DNA of 64,000 bases from assembly GCA_038845975.1 (NCBI GenBank), contig JAWBQF010000001.1, forward strand, positions 112,339-176,338, given 5' to 3'. The notes under the pieces are model-generated. The model was not told where the DNA came from. It did not search any database and saw nothing but the letters and a program-made list of their open reading frames with translations. Positions 63,885 through 64,000 of the stretch are shown piece by piece. The translations under genes were made by a program, and so were the position numbers. This stretch comes from Candidatus Methanomethylicia archaeon. Lineage in GTDB: Archaea; Thermoproteota; Methanomethylicia; CALHIW01. Numbering within the stretch: position 1 is the first letter of the stretch; each line of letters starts with the position of its first letter.

Positions 63885-64000
63885 ATGTTGGAGAGTCTTG
63901 TTAGAGGGGCTGAGGGTAGTGGTATTGAGGTTTGTAGTGTTTTGATTGGTTTTGTTCGGGGGGATAGGTATATTGTTAGGGAATATGTAGACGTGAGGAA
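63885..64000 (+). CDS. JAMM/MPN (Mov34-like) protease, partial
   Basis: MLESLVRGAEGSGIEVCSVLIG..DRYIVREY..VR resembles the E-x-C-G-x-L-x-G N-terminal motif; runs off window. Confidence 0.55.
   Translation, partial: MLESLVRGAEGSGIEVCSVLIGFVRGDRYIVREYVDVR

Noticed and set aside
1-64000. tRNA, rRNA, CRISPR array or provirus
   Set aside because: No tRNA T-loop/acceptor signatures, regularly spaced repeats, integrase or viral structural genes were seen.

Overview
AT-rich archaeal chromosome segment, most consistent with a thermophilic Thermoproteota/TACK lineage (inferred from TiaS, Alba, LysW, GCH III, aKMT-like methylase, PaREP1 relic and leaderless TATA promoters). The left third is a LysW-dependent Arg/Lys biosynthesis region (carB, carA, lysW-X-Y-Z-J-K, Lrp/LysM, argG, argH, ACT protein); the carB and argG upstream regions are near-duplicates. 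The middle holds an FHA / membrane Ser-Thr kinase / MBL hydrolase / vWA cluster, tiaS, sppA, a dead IS607, and a deazaflavin (Fo/F420) cluster (GCH III, cofG, cofH) carrying an amidohydrolase and a HAD phosphatase that are candidates for unassigned archaeal pathway steps. The right part has Nre, AOR, an RLAN / ATP-grasp / GCS2 ligase operon, ADP-forming acyl-CoA synthetase alpha, adk and Alba. Intergenic DNA contains three decayed IS6-type families, an IS5-like relic, two nested MITEs (50 and 90 bp), a perfect 139-bp inverted repeat, AlaX and PaREP1 pseudogenes, a 47-aa zinc-finger ORF missed by the track, one C/D-box sRNA candidate and one GC-rich structured ncRNA candidate. No tRNA, rRNA or CRISPR array was seen. 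All calls come from manual reading; no searches were run.
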